The notes below the pieces were generated by a model. The model searched no databases and had not been told where the DNA came from. It saw only the letters and a list, made by a program, of their open reading frames with translations. A program made the translations under genes and the position numbers. Shown here in pieces: positions 25,475 to 35,517 of a stretch of DNA of 42,658 bases. The stretch's first letter is position 1; the number at the start of each line of letters is the position of its first letter. This stretch comes from a virus: the UHGV virus genome UHGV-0147540; one strand, written 5' to 3'.

Positions 25475-26029
25475 ATGGGACAGTTTATTGATTTGACTGG
25501 ACAGCGGTTTGGACGTTGGACTGTCATTGATAGAGCAGAAGACCATTTCACAAAATCAGGGGCCAGAATGACGATGTGGAACTGTGTTTGTGATTGCGGA
25601 AAAAAGAAATCTGTTTCTGGCAATTCGCTTAGAAAAGGAGCTTCAATTTCCTGCGGGTGTATTACTACAGATAATTTGATTGCCAATAACAAAAAACGAG
25701 CAAAGCACAACGGATGCAAAAGAGGCAAGAGAGAGCGGTTGTATGGAGTTTGGTGGGCGATGCACCAACGTTGCTACTATAAGCGGCATAAAAACTATAG
25801 CGAGTATGGCGGCCGTGGTATTTCGATGTGTGATAAATGGCGTAAAGAGTATGAATCATTTAGGAGATGGGCTATCTTAAACGGATATGATGAGAATGCA
25901 CCATACGGAGAGTGTACTATTGATCGTATAGACGTTAATGGAGATTATTGCCCAGAAAATTGCAGATGGGTTAACGCAAAAGCGCAGGCCAATAATAGGC
26001 GGCCAAGAAGAAAGAAGGTGGTGGCATGA
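25475..26029 (+). CDS. Free-standing HNH homing endonuclease-like protein
   Basis: [49 protein letters not shown]-richer than its flanks. Confidence 0.85.
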   Translation: MGQFIDLTGQRFGRWTVIDRAEDHFTKSGARMTMWNCVCDCGKKKSVSGNSLRKGASISCGCITTDNLIANNKKRAKHNGCKRGKRERLYGVWWAMHQRCYYKRHKNYSEYGGRGISMCDKWRKEYESFRRWAILNGYDENAPYGECTIDRIDVNGDYCPENCRWVNAKAQANNRRPRRKKVVA

Positions 26030-27199
26030 AGCCATACCCCCTTTAGCCCAGAGCTTCTTGACGCCCTCCCCGAGGAGCTAACAGAACTATACCGCTCTCT
26101 GGAACTGAAACTGCTGGACGAGATATGCTCCCGGTTGAAAATCGCCGGTGAGCTGAACGAGGTGACGGTGCAGGACATCCGGGCGCTGCGTTCCCACGGT
26201 ATCAGCCTGGAGGAGATAGAAAAGGCCATCCAACGCACCGCAAACATCAGCCAGCGGGACCTTAAAAAGCTGCTGGACGACGTAGTAGAGCGTAACCAGC
26301 GGTATTATCGGGAAATCATGGACCTTGCGGGCGTGACTGCCCCTGAGACGCTGGTGAGTGTCGCCGACATCGCCGCCATTATGGCACAGGCACAGAGAGA
26401 GATCGGCAATCTGACCCGATCTATGGGATTCCTGGTGGACAACGGGCGGACGATGCTTCCTCCTGCAAGGGCCTATCAATGGGCGCTGGACAATGCCGAA
26501 ATGCAGGTCATGAGCGGGACTATCTCTTACAATCAGGCTATCAAAAGCGCTGTCAAACAGTTGGCGGGCAGTGGAATCAATGTCGTGGACTATGAGAGCG
26601 GACACCGAGACCAAATCGACGTGGCTGCCCGCCGTGCGGTGATGACGGGCGTATCCCAGCTTTGTGCCAAGTACACGGAGCAGAGCGCCGAATATCTGGA
26701 GACGCCGTATTTTGAGGTGTCCGCCCATATTGGGGCACGGGACAAGGGTGTTGGCTGGCAAAATCATAAGGCATGGCAGGGCCGGGTGTACTCTGTAAAG
26801 ATCGAAGACAAGTATCCGAGCATTTATGAGGTGTGCGGGCTTGGCTATGTGGACGGCTTGGAGGGTGCAAACTGCAGGCATATCAGGACGGCCTTTGTGG
26901 ATGGTGTGATGGAGCGTACATACACCGACGAGGAGCTTGCCCACATTGACGACGGCCACGATGTGGACTTTGAGGGTAAGCACTATACAGCCTATGAGGC
27001 CACGCAAAAGCAGAGACAAATCGAGCGCACCGTCCGCAAGCTAAAGCGGGAGCAGACCGCATACAAGTCCGCAGGCCTGACAGAGGATGCCCAGGCTGTC
27101 ACGGCGAGGATACGCTGCCTGAACGCCAAATACAAGGCGTTCAGCGAGGCGGCGGGGCTGCCGTTGCAGCGGGAAAGAATGCAAGTTCATTATAGTTAA
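26026..27199 (+). CDS. Minor capsid / head morphogenesis protein, with a +1 frame disruption at the C5 run 26037-26041
   Basis: ATG 26026 reads MKPYPL then TAG; the +1 frame continues [14 protein letters not shown]... to [15 protein letters not shown]. Confidence 0.8.
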
Positions 27200-27203
27200 T
27201 AAT

Positions 27204-27284
27204 CGCCAGAGAAGGCGTTAAAACCCAAACGGCAGAGAAGCCGAAAATCCCAAATATAAGACAGAGAAGTCTTTAAAACCCAAA
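27204..27284 (+). promoter_or_regulatory. Three covarying hairpins (CAGAGAAG loops) each followed by AAAA(T)CCCAAA, in the scaffold 5' UTR
   Basis: cgcCAGAGAAGgcg, cggCAGAGAAGccg, aagaCAGAGAAGtctt. Confidence 0.7.
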
Positions 27285-27295
27285 GGAGAAGCATC

Positions 27296-27775
27296 ATGGC
27301 AAACATTGACACAAGTACGATTGAAGGATTCGACGGCATGACCGCCGACGAAAAAGTAACGGCGCTGCTCAGTTTTCAAATCCCCGACCCTGTTGACCTG
27401 TCTGGATATGTGAAAAAGGATGTCTTTGACACGAAAGCAACGGAGGCCGCCTCCCTCGCAAAGCAGCTGAAAACGAAAACGACAGAGGCGGATACCGCCG
27501 CCGGGACGCTTTCCACGACACAAGCAGAGTTGGAGGCGCTCAAGCGAAGCTATTATGTCGCATCCAAGGGCCTGACCGGCGAGGAAGCGGAGTTCATCGC
27601 CTTCAAGGCCGGAAAGATGGTGGACGATAAGACCACCTTCGAGCAGGCCGTGGACGCGCTGACTGCTGACCGAAAGAAAACCACTTTCGATTGGACTGCT
27701 CCTGTGGGCGGCGGAAGCACGAAAACAGGAGAAAACGATGTAATGAACGCCCTGATTAGGGGCGCACTCAAGTAA
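27296..27775 (+). CDS. Capsid scaffolding protein
   Basis: Helical/coiled protein upstream of the MCP ending MNALIRG. Confidence 0.8.
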   Translation: MANIDTSTIEGFDGMTADEKVTALLSFQIPDPVDLSGYVKKDVFDTKATEAASLAKQLKTKTTEADTAAGTLSTTQAELEALKRSYYVASKGLTGEEAEFIAFKAGKMVDDKTTFEQAVDALTADRKKTTFDWTAPVGGGSTKTGENDVMNALIRGALK

Positions 27776-27790
27776 GAAAGGAGCCTATCA

Positions 27791-28759
27791 ATGGCTGACA
27801 TTATCGACAGAAGCAAACTTTCCGGGCTTATCCCCGAGCCTGTGACCCGTGAGATTATCCAGGGGGCAGTAACGGAGTCCGCCGTGCTGCGGATGGCCCG
27901 GCGGCTGCCCAATATGACCAGCAAGACCCAGACCCTCAATGTGCTGGATGCGCTACCCACCGCCTACTTTGTCAACGGCGAGGCGGCCACCGGAGCGACC
28001 GACTCCAAGGCGTCCCTGAAAAAGACCACCAACATGGCGTGGGACAAGAAGAAAATTTACGCTGAGGAGATTGCCGTCATTGTCCCTATTCCGGAGGCAG
28101 TGTTGGATGACAGCGATTATGATATTTGGGGTGAGGTTCGTCCTCGTTTGACTGAGGCATTCGGCAAGGTGATCGACGCCGCAATCCTGTACGGCACGGA
28201 CAAGCCTACCTCCTGGCGCGATGGCCTTGTGCCCTCGGCCACCACCGCAGGCGCTGTTGTGACGGCTACCAGCGATATTTTCAAGGATATCATGGGCGAG
28301 GGCGGCGTAATTGCTAAAGTGGAGGAGAGCGGTTACATCCCAAACGGCGTAATGGCTGCCATTCAGATGCGCGCCAAGCTGCGCGGCCTTGTAGACAAGA
28401 ACGGTCAGCCCATCTTTAAGACCGATATGCAGGGAGATACCCGCTATGCCCTGGACGGTATGTCCATGTATTTCCCCGTAAACGGTGCTTATGATCCGGA
28501 GGAGTCCCTCGCTATCGTGGGCGATTGGAGCCAACTGGTTTATGCGATCCGTCAGAATATGACCTTCAAGATCTTCGACAGCGGCGTGGTGCAGGATCCC
28601 ACCACCGGAAACATCCTCTATAACCTGATGCAAAACGATATGGTGGCGCTCCGCGCGGTCATGCGTCTGGGGTGGGAAATCCCCAACCCCATCAACGCTT
28701 ATAATGTCGGGAATACCAAGGCTTTCCCGTTTTCCGTCTACGCCCCGGCGGGGGAATGA
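27791..28759 (+). CDS. Major capsid protein (HK97 fold)
   Basis: LIPEPVTREIIQG, EEIAVIVPI, GDWS, QNDMVALRAVMRLG. Confidence 0.92.
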   Translation: MADIIDRSKLSGLIPEPVTREIIQGAVTESAVLRMARRLPNMTSKTQTLNVLDALPTAYFVNGEAATGATDSKASLKKTTNMAWDKKKIYAEEIAVIVPIPEAVLDDSDYDIWGEVRPRLTEAFGKVIDAAILYGTDKPTSWRDGLVPSATTAGAVVTATSDIFKDIMGEGGVIAKVEESGYIPNGVMAAIQMRAKLRGLVDKNGQPIFKTDMQGDTRYALDGMSMYFPVNGAYDPEESLAIVGDWSQLVYAIRQNMTFKIFDSGVVQDPTTGNILYNLMQNDMVALRAVMRLGWEIPNPINAYNVGNTKAFPFSVYAPAGE

Positions 28760-29037
28760 GTGCGCGCCTCTCGGGGCTGACGATTGGCGCGCTGATGCTT
28801 ACTCCGCCGTTTGACCCGGACACGACGGAGTACACAGCCACAACCACAAATGCGACCAATACGGTGACCGCTACACCGGAGGATGAGGACGCCACAGTCA
28901 CCATCCTGAACGGCGGTGCGCCGGTTGAAAACGGCACCGCCGCAACGTGGGTGGACGGCGCAAACACCCTGACCATTACGGTGAAAAACGGGACGGCCCA
29001 GAAAGTTTATTCCGTAAACGTCACAAAATCGACCTAA
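28756..29037 (+). CDS. Cadherin-like/Ig-like beta-sandwich domain (possible -1 frameshift extension of the MCP)
   Basis: LSGLTIG..LTPPFDPDTTEYTA...GANTLTITV...YSVNV. Confidence 0.75.
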   Translation: MSARLSGLTIGALMLTPPFDPDTTEYTATTTNATNTVTATPEDEDATVTILNGGAPVENGTAATWVDGANTLTITVKNGTAQKVYSVNVTKST

Positions 29038-29051
29038 AAGGAGGCTTTGCA

Positions 29052-29510
29052 ATGGCTTACGCAGACTATGAGTATTACACAACCACATATCTGGGGACAG
29101 CCATTAAAGAGGCCGACTTTCCGCACCTGTCTCTGCGTGCAAGTTCCTTTTTGGATTACTACACGCAGGGCCGGGCGGCCCAAAACTCAGACCTGGACGC
29201 CCTAAAAATGGCGTGCTGCGCTGTTTCGGAGCAGTACCAAGTCATCGATACAGCGCGAGCGTTGGCACAAAAAGCACTGTCCTCCTCCCTCTCTTCTGAG
29301 GGGGGTGAGCTGCAAAGTCAGACTGTTGGCAGCTGGTCCAAGACCTACAGAAGCGCTGGGGACAGTGCTGCACAAGCAACAGCCTCCGCCTCCTCCGCCC
29401 AGGCATTGCTTGCCAATGTTGCTAGTCAGTATTTGGCCGGTACGGGACTCCTGTATCGTGGGAGGAGGTGCGGCTGTGGATATGTTCCCCCATGTTGTGA
29501 CAGTCTATAA
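29052..29510 (+). CDS. Head-tail connector/adaptor
   Basis: YADYEYY...RASSFLDYYT...SQTVGSWS...GTGLLYRG. Confidence 0.75.
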   Translation: MAYADYEYYTTTYLGTAIKEADFPHLSLRASSFLDYYTQGRAAQNSDLDALKMACCAVSEQYQVIDTARALAQKALSSSLSSEGGELQSQTVGSWSKTYRSAGDSAAQATASASSAQALLANVASQYLAGTGLLYRGRRCGCGYVPPCCDSL

Positions 29511-29928
29511 CACAGAAACCACGGAGCTCCCTGAGAACAATTTTGAACCATCCCTAGTCAATCATATCACAGTACTGCGTGGGGTCCTCCTGGATGCTTC
29601 CAAGGGCTCTAACGTGGCGAAAAGCGGCTTAGAGGGTGCGGACGCGGTAATCCTCTATATTCCGGTCAGCGTGGAGGCCGTGGACGGTGTGACCGGTGCG
29701 GCAAAGCGGTACATTGGCCCTATTGAGTTCTGGCGATCGGATGATAAATCCTCCCTATGGACCCTTTCTGTGAGCCGCAACTGCTTTTTTGTCAAGGGGG
29801 AAGCAGTACACCCGGACTGGACAGTACAGACTATAGAGGCCGCCTATGACGACGTGTATGACGTGACAAAGGTAGATTTTAAAGACTTCGGTGGGGATAT
29901 GTCGCACTGGGAAGTCGGGGGGAAATAA
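29482..29928 (+). CDS. Head closure/stopper protein
   Basis: Position and HWEVGG C-terminus. Confidence 0.65.
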   Translation: MFPHVVTVYNTETTELPENNFEPSLVNHITVLRGVLLDASKGSNVAKSGLEGADAVILYIPVSVEAVDGVTGAAKRYIGPIEFWRSDDKSSLWTLSVSRNCFFVKGEAVHPDWTVQTIEAAYDDVYDVTKVDFKDFGGDMSHWEVGGK

Positions 29929-29929
29929 A

Positions 29930-30382
29930 GTGCTGAAATTCACGGTGCACACCGATGGCTTAGAGTCCATCAAGGACAAGCTAGCTGAGGGATGTACTAA
30001 AGCGGAGCATACTGTGGCACTCCAAGTGAGAAAAGACACGTCGCCGTATGTGCCGGCGTTGACAGGCAGCCTGGATACACGGACACGGGTTGACGGTTCG
30101 GAGGTGATATACCCGGGCCCATATGCCCGCTATCTCTATTACGGCAAAGTCATGGTGGATTCTGCAACCGGGAAAGGCCCCATGCGCATTGTGAGTGAGG
30201 ATGGGACAGAGGTAATCCGATTCCGCAAGGGAGCAAAGCTAAAGCCGACAGATCGGGACCTTAAGATACGGCGTTCTATGCACCGCAAAGCGCAATCTTA
30301 TTGGTTTGAAGCCAGCAAAGCAAAGAATCTTCCCAAATGGCTATGTGTGGCAAAGGAGGCAACATTGCATGAGCTCAAATGA
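29930..30382 (+). CDS. Neck ('minor capsid') protein
   Basis: YVPALTGSL, GPYARYLYYG, AQSYWFE. Confidence 0.7.
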   Translation: MLKFTVHTDGLESIKDKLAEGCTKAEHTVALQVRKDTSPYVPALTGSLDTRTRVDGSEVIYPGPYARYLYYGKVMVDSATGKGPMRIVSEDGTEVIRFRKGAKLKPTDRDLKIRRSMHRKAQSYWFEASKAKNLPKWLCVAKEATLHELK

Positions 30383-30830
30383 AAAACAGAGGTTGTCTGT
30401 CTCTGCGTCAGAGCGCAGCAAGATTGACCGGAAAGTTTTGGCGTGGCTAAATCAATACCCAGGCTTGCCGATTTCTGTAGTAAAAACAGAGCCGCAGCTG
30501 CCAATCAACGAAAGGGGAATGGCGCTGTCTGCTTCCACAAACGCCTATTACAGCAGACACTTTATTCTTGGAGGCTATCAAGCGGAGTATTCGTTCAAAA
30601 TTATTTATCGTATTAAGCCGGGAATTGGCAGTATGGACGCAAGGCTTGACGCACTGGAAACATTAAATTTGATGGGAGACTGGTGTAGCGAAAACTTCCC
30701 TGACTTGGGCGAGGAAATCCGTGTGCAGAAAGTAACCCCAACATCCTCCGCAGAACTTTATGCCCCGTATGAGAACGGAGACGAAGATTATTTTATCGAA
30801 ATGAAGCTGACCTATGAGGTCGGCGTTTGA
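30369..30830 (+). CDS. Tail terminator protein
   Basis: Position just before the major tail protein. Confidence 0.6.
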   Translation: MSSNEKQRLSVSASERSKIDRKVLAWLNQYPGLPISVVKTEPQLPINERGMALSASTNAYYSRHFILGGYQAEYSFKIIYRIKPGIGSMDARLDALETLNLMGDWCSENFPDLGEEIRVQKVTPTSSAELYAPYENGDEDYFIEMKLTYEVGV

Positions 30831-30844
30831 AAGGAGAAAGCATA

Positions 30845-31372
30845 ATGGCAGACCTTGAATTTAACACTACGGCGGGCCAGACCATTGCCCGAGAACTTCT
30901 GATTGCCTATCTTAACACAGGGACCGCGGAGTCTCCCTCATGGAGTGCGTTCGGCAAACGCGTAGAAGACTCCGATGAGGAAATGGACTGGAGCCAGGAG
31001 TCCACGCAGGACATCCTTGGGAACACCTGGACCACCATGAAGAAGCCCATCATTACCCAGTCTTTTGACCCCATCCCTATGGACGCCGGAGACGCTGCCG
31101 CAGTAAAGCTGTGGAATCTTGGTGTAAAGGACCAGAACGCCCAGTCTCTTGCCAACCAGGATATGCTGATCGCTCATTTCTACGCTGATTCCGGCGAGGC
31201 CACCTTTGCAGAGCGGTACAGCGGGAGCGCCATTGCCGTGACCCGCATTGGCGGCGAGGGCGGAGGCAACCTGGAAATTTCCACAGAGATCACCTACGGC
31301 GGCGAGCGTACCCTTGGTACGGTGACGAGAACCGGCAGCACGGTCACCTTTACTCCTGACGGGGCGGTGTAA
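30845..31372 (+). CDS. Major tail tube protein
   Basis: AAGGAG RBS; acidic beta-rich, DILG motif; upstream of chaperones and tape measure. Confidence 0.8.
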   Translation: MADLEFNTTAGQTIARELLIAYLNTGTAESPSWSAFGKRVEDSDEEMDWSQESTQDILGNTWTTMKKPIITQSFDPIPMDAGDAAAVKLWNLGVKDQNAQSLANQDMLIAHFYADSGEATFAERYSGSAIAVTRIGGEGGGNLEISTEITYGGERTLGTVTRTGSTVTFTPDGAV

Positions 31373-31375
31373 CAC

Positions 31376-31804
31376 ATGAAGGAACTGAACTTTGAATCGG
31401 GCCTTGTTACTTACTCCCTGAACGGAAAGTGTGAGGTCACATTTAACCCAACCGACAGCAACTTTGTGGAGCGCCTTTATTCCGCCTTTGAGGAACTAGA
31501 CAAGAAGCAGGAGGGGTACAAGGCCCAGGTCGAGAAGATGGCAAACAAACGAGAGGTGTTTGACTTTGCCAGGGAACGGGACGCGGAAATGCGGGGAATC
31601 ATCGACGGCCTGTTTGGCGTTCCAGTGAGTGATGTACTCTTTGGCGATATGAACGTTTACGCTGTGGCCGCTGGGCTTCCGGCGTGGTGCAACCTGATGC
31701 TGGCCGTGATGGACGAAATCGACAGCACATACACCAGAGAACAGAAATCAACCAATCCGCGCATTGCAAAATACACTGCAAAATATCAGAAGTACCACAA
31801 GTGA
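31376..31804 (+). CDS. Tail assembly chaperone
   Basis: Position between tube and tape measure. Confidence 0.65.
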   Translation: MKELNFESGLVTYSLNGKCEVTFNPTDSNFVERLYSAFEELDKKQEGYKAQVEKMANKREVFDFARERDAEMRGIIDGLFGVPVSDVLFGDMNVYAVAAGLPAWCNLMLAVMDEIDSTYTREQKSTNPRIAKYTAKYQKYHK

Positions 31805-31815
31805 GGTAGTACGGC

Positions 31816-32382
31816 ATGGGTTACGGACTCCCAAAAAGTGTTGAAATAGACGGGCAGGAATTTGCCGTTCGCTATGACTTCCGGGTCATCCTGGACATTT
31901 TCGAGGCAATAAACGACCCGGAACTAAGCGACGAGGACCGTGCCCTTGCCGTGCTCCATATGTTCTATGTGGACTTCGAGGCGCTGACCGACTACGACGT
32001 TGCGTTAAAAGAGTGCTTCAAATTTATCAACGGCGGCCAGGAGCAGGAGGGGCAAAAAAAGCAGCCCCAGCTTGTGGCGTGGGAGCAAGACTTCCAGTAC
32101 ATCGTGGCGCCGGTCAACCGGGTGCTGGGCTATGAGACCAGGGCGTTAGAGTACGACCAGGAGGGCAACACAGGCGGCGTACACTGGTGGACCTTTCTTT
32201 CCGCGTACATGGAAATTGGAGACTGCCTGTTCGCTCAAATCGTTGGCATTAGAAGCAAAAAGGCAAAAGGCAAAAAGCTGGATAAGACCGAACAAGAATT
32301 TTACAGAAAAAATAAAGAAATTGTAGACATAAAGGTCTGCTACACAGAGTCGGAGGAAGCACTAATCAAGGCGTGGACATAA
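31816..32382 (+). CDS. Tail assembly chaperone (A118 Gp15-like)
   Basis: DFRVILDI, WEQDFQYI, HWWTFLS, IVGIRSK motifs. Confidence 0.75.
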   Translation: MGYGLPKSVEIDGQEFAVRYDFRVILDIFEAINDPELSDEDRALAVLHMFYVDFEALTDYDVALKECFKFINGGQEQEGQKKQPQLVAWEQDFQYIVAPVNRVLGYETRALEYDQEGNTGGVHWWTFLSAYMEIGDCLFAQIVGIRSKKAKGKKLDKTEQEFYRKNKEIVDIKVCYTESEEALIKAWT

Positions 32383-32414
32383 AAAAGCCGCCCCCAAAGG
32401 AGCGGCCTTGGTCA

Positions 32415-32975
32415 TCAATTTGGGTAGACCGTAATCACATCGCTTTCCGTCAATTGGTTCAGCGTCTCGCTATTTAAGACAGAAAGGCGGAACTCCACTT
32501 TTTCAACATCTTCAAGCGGCGTCTCACAGAACACGATGAAGGAGCCAGTCACACTTTTCCCTGAAAGAGCAGTCACGGGCAAGCCTGTCCCTGTGGAACA
32601 GTGAGAATTGTCCACATAGACATCATCGAGCACGTACATTTGCTCTACGTCGCCTGTGTTGTCCACGGAGAGGGAGACATAAAAGCACCCATCCACTAAG
32701 TCGGAGCTGGAGCAGCCCTTGTACTCCGCCTCGAAGCCATCACCGGAAAATGTCAAGGTTTTGGCTGTGTGGTCGCCCTGAGTGTTCTGGGCGCTGGACG
32801 TTCTACCGCCCATGGAACCGGCCACGACGGCCACACAGCCAATGACGGCGATCACCGCTACCACCGCGCAGGCAACATAGACGCCCTGGTGCTGTTTCGC
32901 CCCGCAGCGGGGGCAGGCTTTTTCCGACTTTGCGATTTCCGCCCCGCAAGTCTTACATTTCATCAGTTTTCCCAT
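32415..32975 (-). CDS. Moron: zinc ribbon + TM + extracytoplasmic beta domain
   Basis: CKTCG..CPRCG, TM VACAVVAVIAVIGCVAVVAG; opposite strand within the tail operon; terminator 32381-32410. Confidence 0.75.
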   Translation of the reverse strand: MGKLMKCKTCGAEIAKSEKACPRCGAKQHQGVYVACAVVAVIAVIGCVAVVAGSMGGRTSSAQNTQGDHTAKTLTFSGDGFEAEYKGCSSSDLVDGCFYVSLSVDNTGDVEQMYVLDDVYVDNSHCSTGTGLPVTALSGKSVTGSFIVFCETPLEDVEKVEFRLSVLNSETLNQLTESDVITVYPN

Positions 32976-33004
32976 TTCAATTTCCCTCCAAAGGTGGTGA
33001 TTTT

Positions 33005-35506
33005 ATGGCAGCAGATGGTTCCATCATCATTGACACCAGAATTGATGATAAAAAAGCGCAACAGGGACTAAACCGACTTAACCGGAAGATTCAAACGCTC
33101 AACGACCAAATTTATGTCAAGCAACAGCAGAAAATGCCTTTGGTGGAACAGTCAAAGGAACTGGGTGCGCAGCTTGACGCCGCAAAGGCAAAGTTGGCTT
33201 CTCTCCAAAGCACAAGCTACGGCGGTGTAGGTAAAGCGGAAATCCAGGAGCAAAAGGAGCAGGTGCGTCTGCTTCAAAGCGAATGGAACAAGGTACAAGG
33301 TCAGGTTGAAAGCTACAACAACGCAATCAGTAAGGCAAGCTTAGAGCTTAACCTGTCAAAAGAGCGGGCCGGAGCCATTCAGGCGCAGCTTGCTACCGGA
33401 AGCGCTAGTGGGAAAAAACTGGCTAATTCGATGAATCAAGCCAGAAAACAGGCGTCTCGTTTTGCTGACAACATCGGGCGGGCAATCGGAATGAGCCTTA
33501 TGTTCAGCTTTGCGTTCCGGGCGGTGACTGCGTTTACAGAGTGGATGGGGAAAGTCATCAAAGTAAACGATGAAGCGTCGGAAGCCGTTGGACGGCTCAA
33601 GGGCGCTTTACTGACGATGGTTCAGCCGCTTTTCAACGTCATTATACCAGCCTTCACAACATTTGTAAATATTCTGAGTCGAATCGTCACCGCCATATCG
33701 AGCGTTGTATCCGCTATGTTTGGCATGACGCAAGAGCAGGCGGCAAAGGCGGCGGAGGAACTGTATAAGGAAACAGAAGCCCTGAACGGTGTAGGGAACG
33801 CGGCAAAAGACGCGGAGAAGTCGCTTGCCAGCTTTGACACCATCAATAAGCTGTCTGAAAACGAACAAGGGAGAGGCGCTGGAGCGGCTGCTTCGGAGGG
33901 CATCAGCCCGATTTTTGAGGATTTTAACACAGAAGAATACAAGCGGAAAATTGACGAGCTGACGGCGTATGTTTCTGGTGCACTACTTGCACTTGGCGCT
34001 CTTCTTGCCTTTTCTGGCGTCAATGTCCCCCTCGGCCTTGCGCTTATGGCGGCGGGAGCAATCGGCCTTGTTTCTGTGCTCGCTGAAAACTGGGGCGCTC
34101 TTGATGGTCCTTTGCAAGCGGCCATTACAAGAGTCCTTGTAATTCTTGGCACGGCAGCTTTGGTAATTGGTGCAGTATTGGCGTTTTCCGGTGCAAATCT
34201 TCCTCTTGGCATCGGGCTTATGGTAGCTGGAGCCGCGGCTCTTGCAGCGGCGGCGGCCATAAACTGGGGGTCAATGGATGCCGAAGTGAGAAACACCATT
34301 ACCGGCATTTTGGAAATCGTAAGTGGTGCGCTTTTGGTTCTGGGCGCTGTCTTTACATTTTCTGGTGCCAATATTCCCCTTGGCATTGGGTTACTGGTGG
34401 CTGGGGCCGCTTCTCTTGCTACGACCGTTGCGCTTAATTGGGATGGCGCGACCACAAGTATTAAACAGGTAGTCACGGACATTTTACTTCTGATGGGCAC
34501 AGCTTTTTTGGTAATTGGCGCTGTGCTCACGTTTTCCGGCGCAAATCTTCCTCTTGGCATCGGGCTTATGGTAGCTGGAGCCGTTGGGCTGGCTTCTGCC
34601 GCCGCCTTAAACTGGGAAACCGTTCAGGCGGCTTTACAAGGCCCTATTGGAGCTATTATCGCCGCTGTCAGCGCAGCACTTCTTGTTCTTGGCGCGGTTT
34701 TCGTTTTTACTGGCACAAACCTCCCTCTTGGGATTGGCCTTTTGATCGTGGGGGCCGTAGGACTTGCAACAACGGCAGTTGTTAATTGGGAAACAATTCA
34801 AACGGCAATGCAAGGCCCCATCGGGGCGGTGACTGCAATAGTTAGCGGCGCTTTGCTTGTGCTTGGCGTGGTTTTGCTGTTTACCGGGGCCGGTATACCG
34901 CTAGGACTTGGGCTGATCGCCGTAGGAGCTGCCGGGCTTGTTCTCGCAATCACGCCAAACTGGAATTTCATTCAGGATGCAATTTCTGGGGCCTGGGACA
35001 GCTTTGTATCCTGGTGGGATGCTGGGCCAGCCAAATTCTTTACGCTGGATTATTGGGCAAACCTCGGGGAAGACATACTCAATGGTTTGCTTAACGGGCT
35101 TAAAAGCGTTTGGTCGAGTGTCACAAACTGGGTGTCAGAAAAAGTCGGCTGGATAACAGGCCAATTCACAGACGCAAAAAATTCTGCGCCAACAATAAAT
35201 TCTTCCTCAACCAGAATGTCTGCTGCTATTAGCACAAAAAGCATTCCGGCTCTGGCCCGTGGCGCCGTCATTCCGCCCAACCGGGAGTTTTTGGCTATTC
35301 TGGGTGATCAAAAGAGCGGGACCAATATCGAGGCCCCCGCATCTGAAATTGAAGCTGCCGTTGCTCGCGGAATGCAGTCGGGCAGTGGGGTTTACGGCGG
35401 CCAGCTCACGATTACTATAAAGCCCGCATCCGGGTTAACGCGATACCTGAGTTACGAGCTGGACGACGAGTCAAAGCGGCGTGGATATAAGTTAGTCAAG
35501 GCTTAA
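33005..35506 (+). CDS. Tape measure protein
   Basis: MAADGSIIIDT start, coiled coil, ~58-aa hydrophobic repeats (GANLPLGIGL), IPALARGAVIPPN. Confidence 0.9.
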   Translation: MAADGSIIIDTRIDDKKAQQGLNRLNRKIQTLNDQIYVKQQQKMPLVEQSKELGAQLDAAKAKLASLQSTSYGGVGKAEIQEQKEQVRLLQSEWNKVQGQVESYNNAISKASLELNLSKERAGAIQAQLATGSASGKKLANSMNQARKQASRFADNIGRAIGMSLMFSFAFRAVTAFTEWMGKVIKVNDEASEAVGRLKGALLTMVQPLFNVIIPAFTTFVNILSRIVTAISSVVSAMFGMTQEQAAKAAEELYKETEALNGVGNAAKDAEKSLASFDTINKLSENEQGRGAGAAASEGISPIFEDFNTEEYKRKIDELTAYVSGALLALGALLAFSGVNVPLGLALMAAGAIGLVSVLAENWGALDGPLQAAITRVLVILGTAALVIGAVLAFSGANLPLGIGLMVAGAAALAAAAAINWGSMDAEVRNTITGILEIVSGALLVLGAVFTFSGANIPLGIGLLVAGAASLATTVALNWDGATTSIKQVVTDILLLMGTAFLVIGAVLTFSGANLPLGIGLMVAGAVGLASAAALNWETVQAALQGPIGAIIAAVSAALLVLGAVFVFTGTNLPLGIGLLIVGAVGLATTAVVNWETIQTAMQGPIGAVTAIVSGALLVLGVVLLFTGAGIPLGLGLIAVGAAGLVLAITPNWNFIQDAISGAWDSFVSWWDAGPAKFFTLDYWANLGEDILNGLLNGLKSVWSSVTNWVSEKVGWITGQFTDAKNSAPTINSSSTRMSAAISTKSIPALARGAVIPPNREFLAILGDQKSGTNIEAPASEIEAAVARGMQSGSGVYGGQLTITIKPASGLTRYLSYELDDESKRRGYKLVKA

Positions 35507-35517
35507 GGGGGCAACTT

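Noticed and set aside
25379..26030. Group I intron carrying the HNH
   Set aside because: No P/Q/R/S core recognisable, too little non-coding sequence, and the portal gene ends normally
33960..34950. Long near-identical DNA repeats
   Set aside because: Explained by ~58-aa tape measure protein repeats
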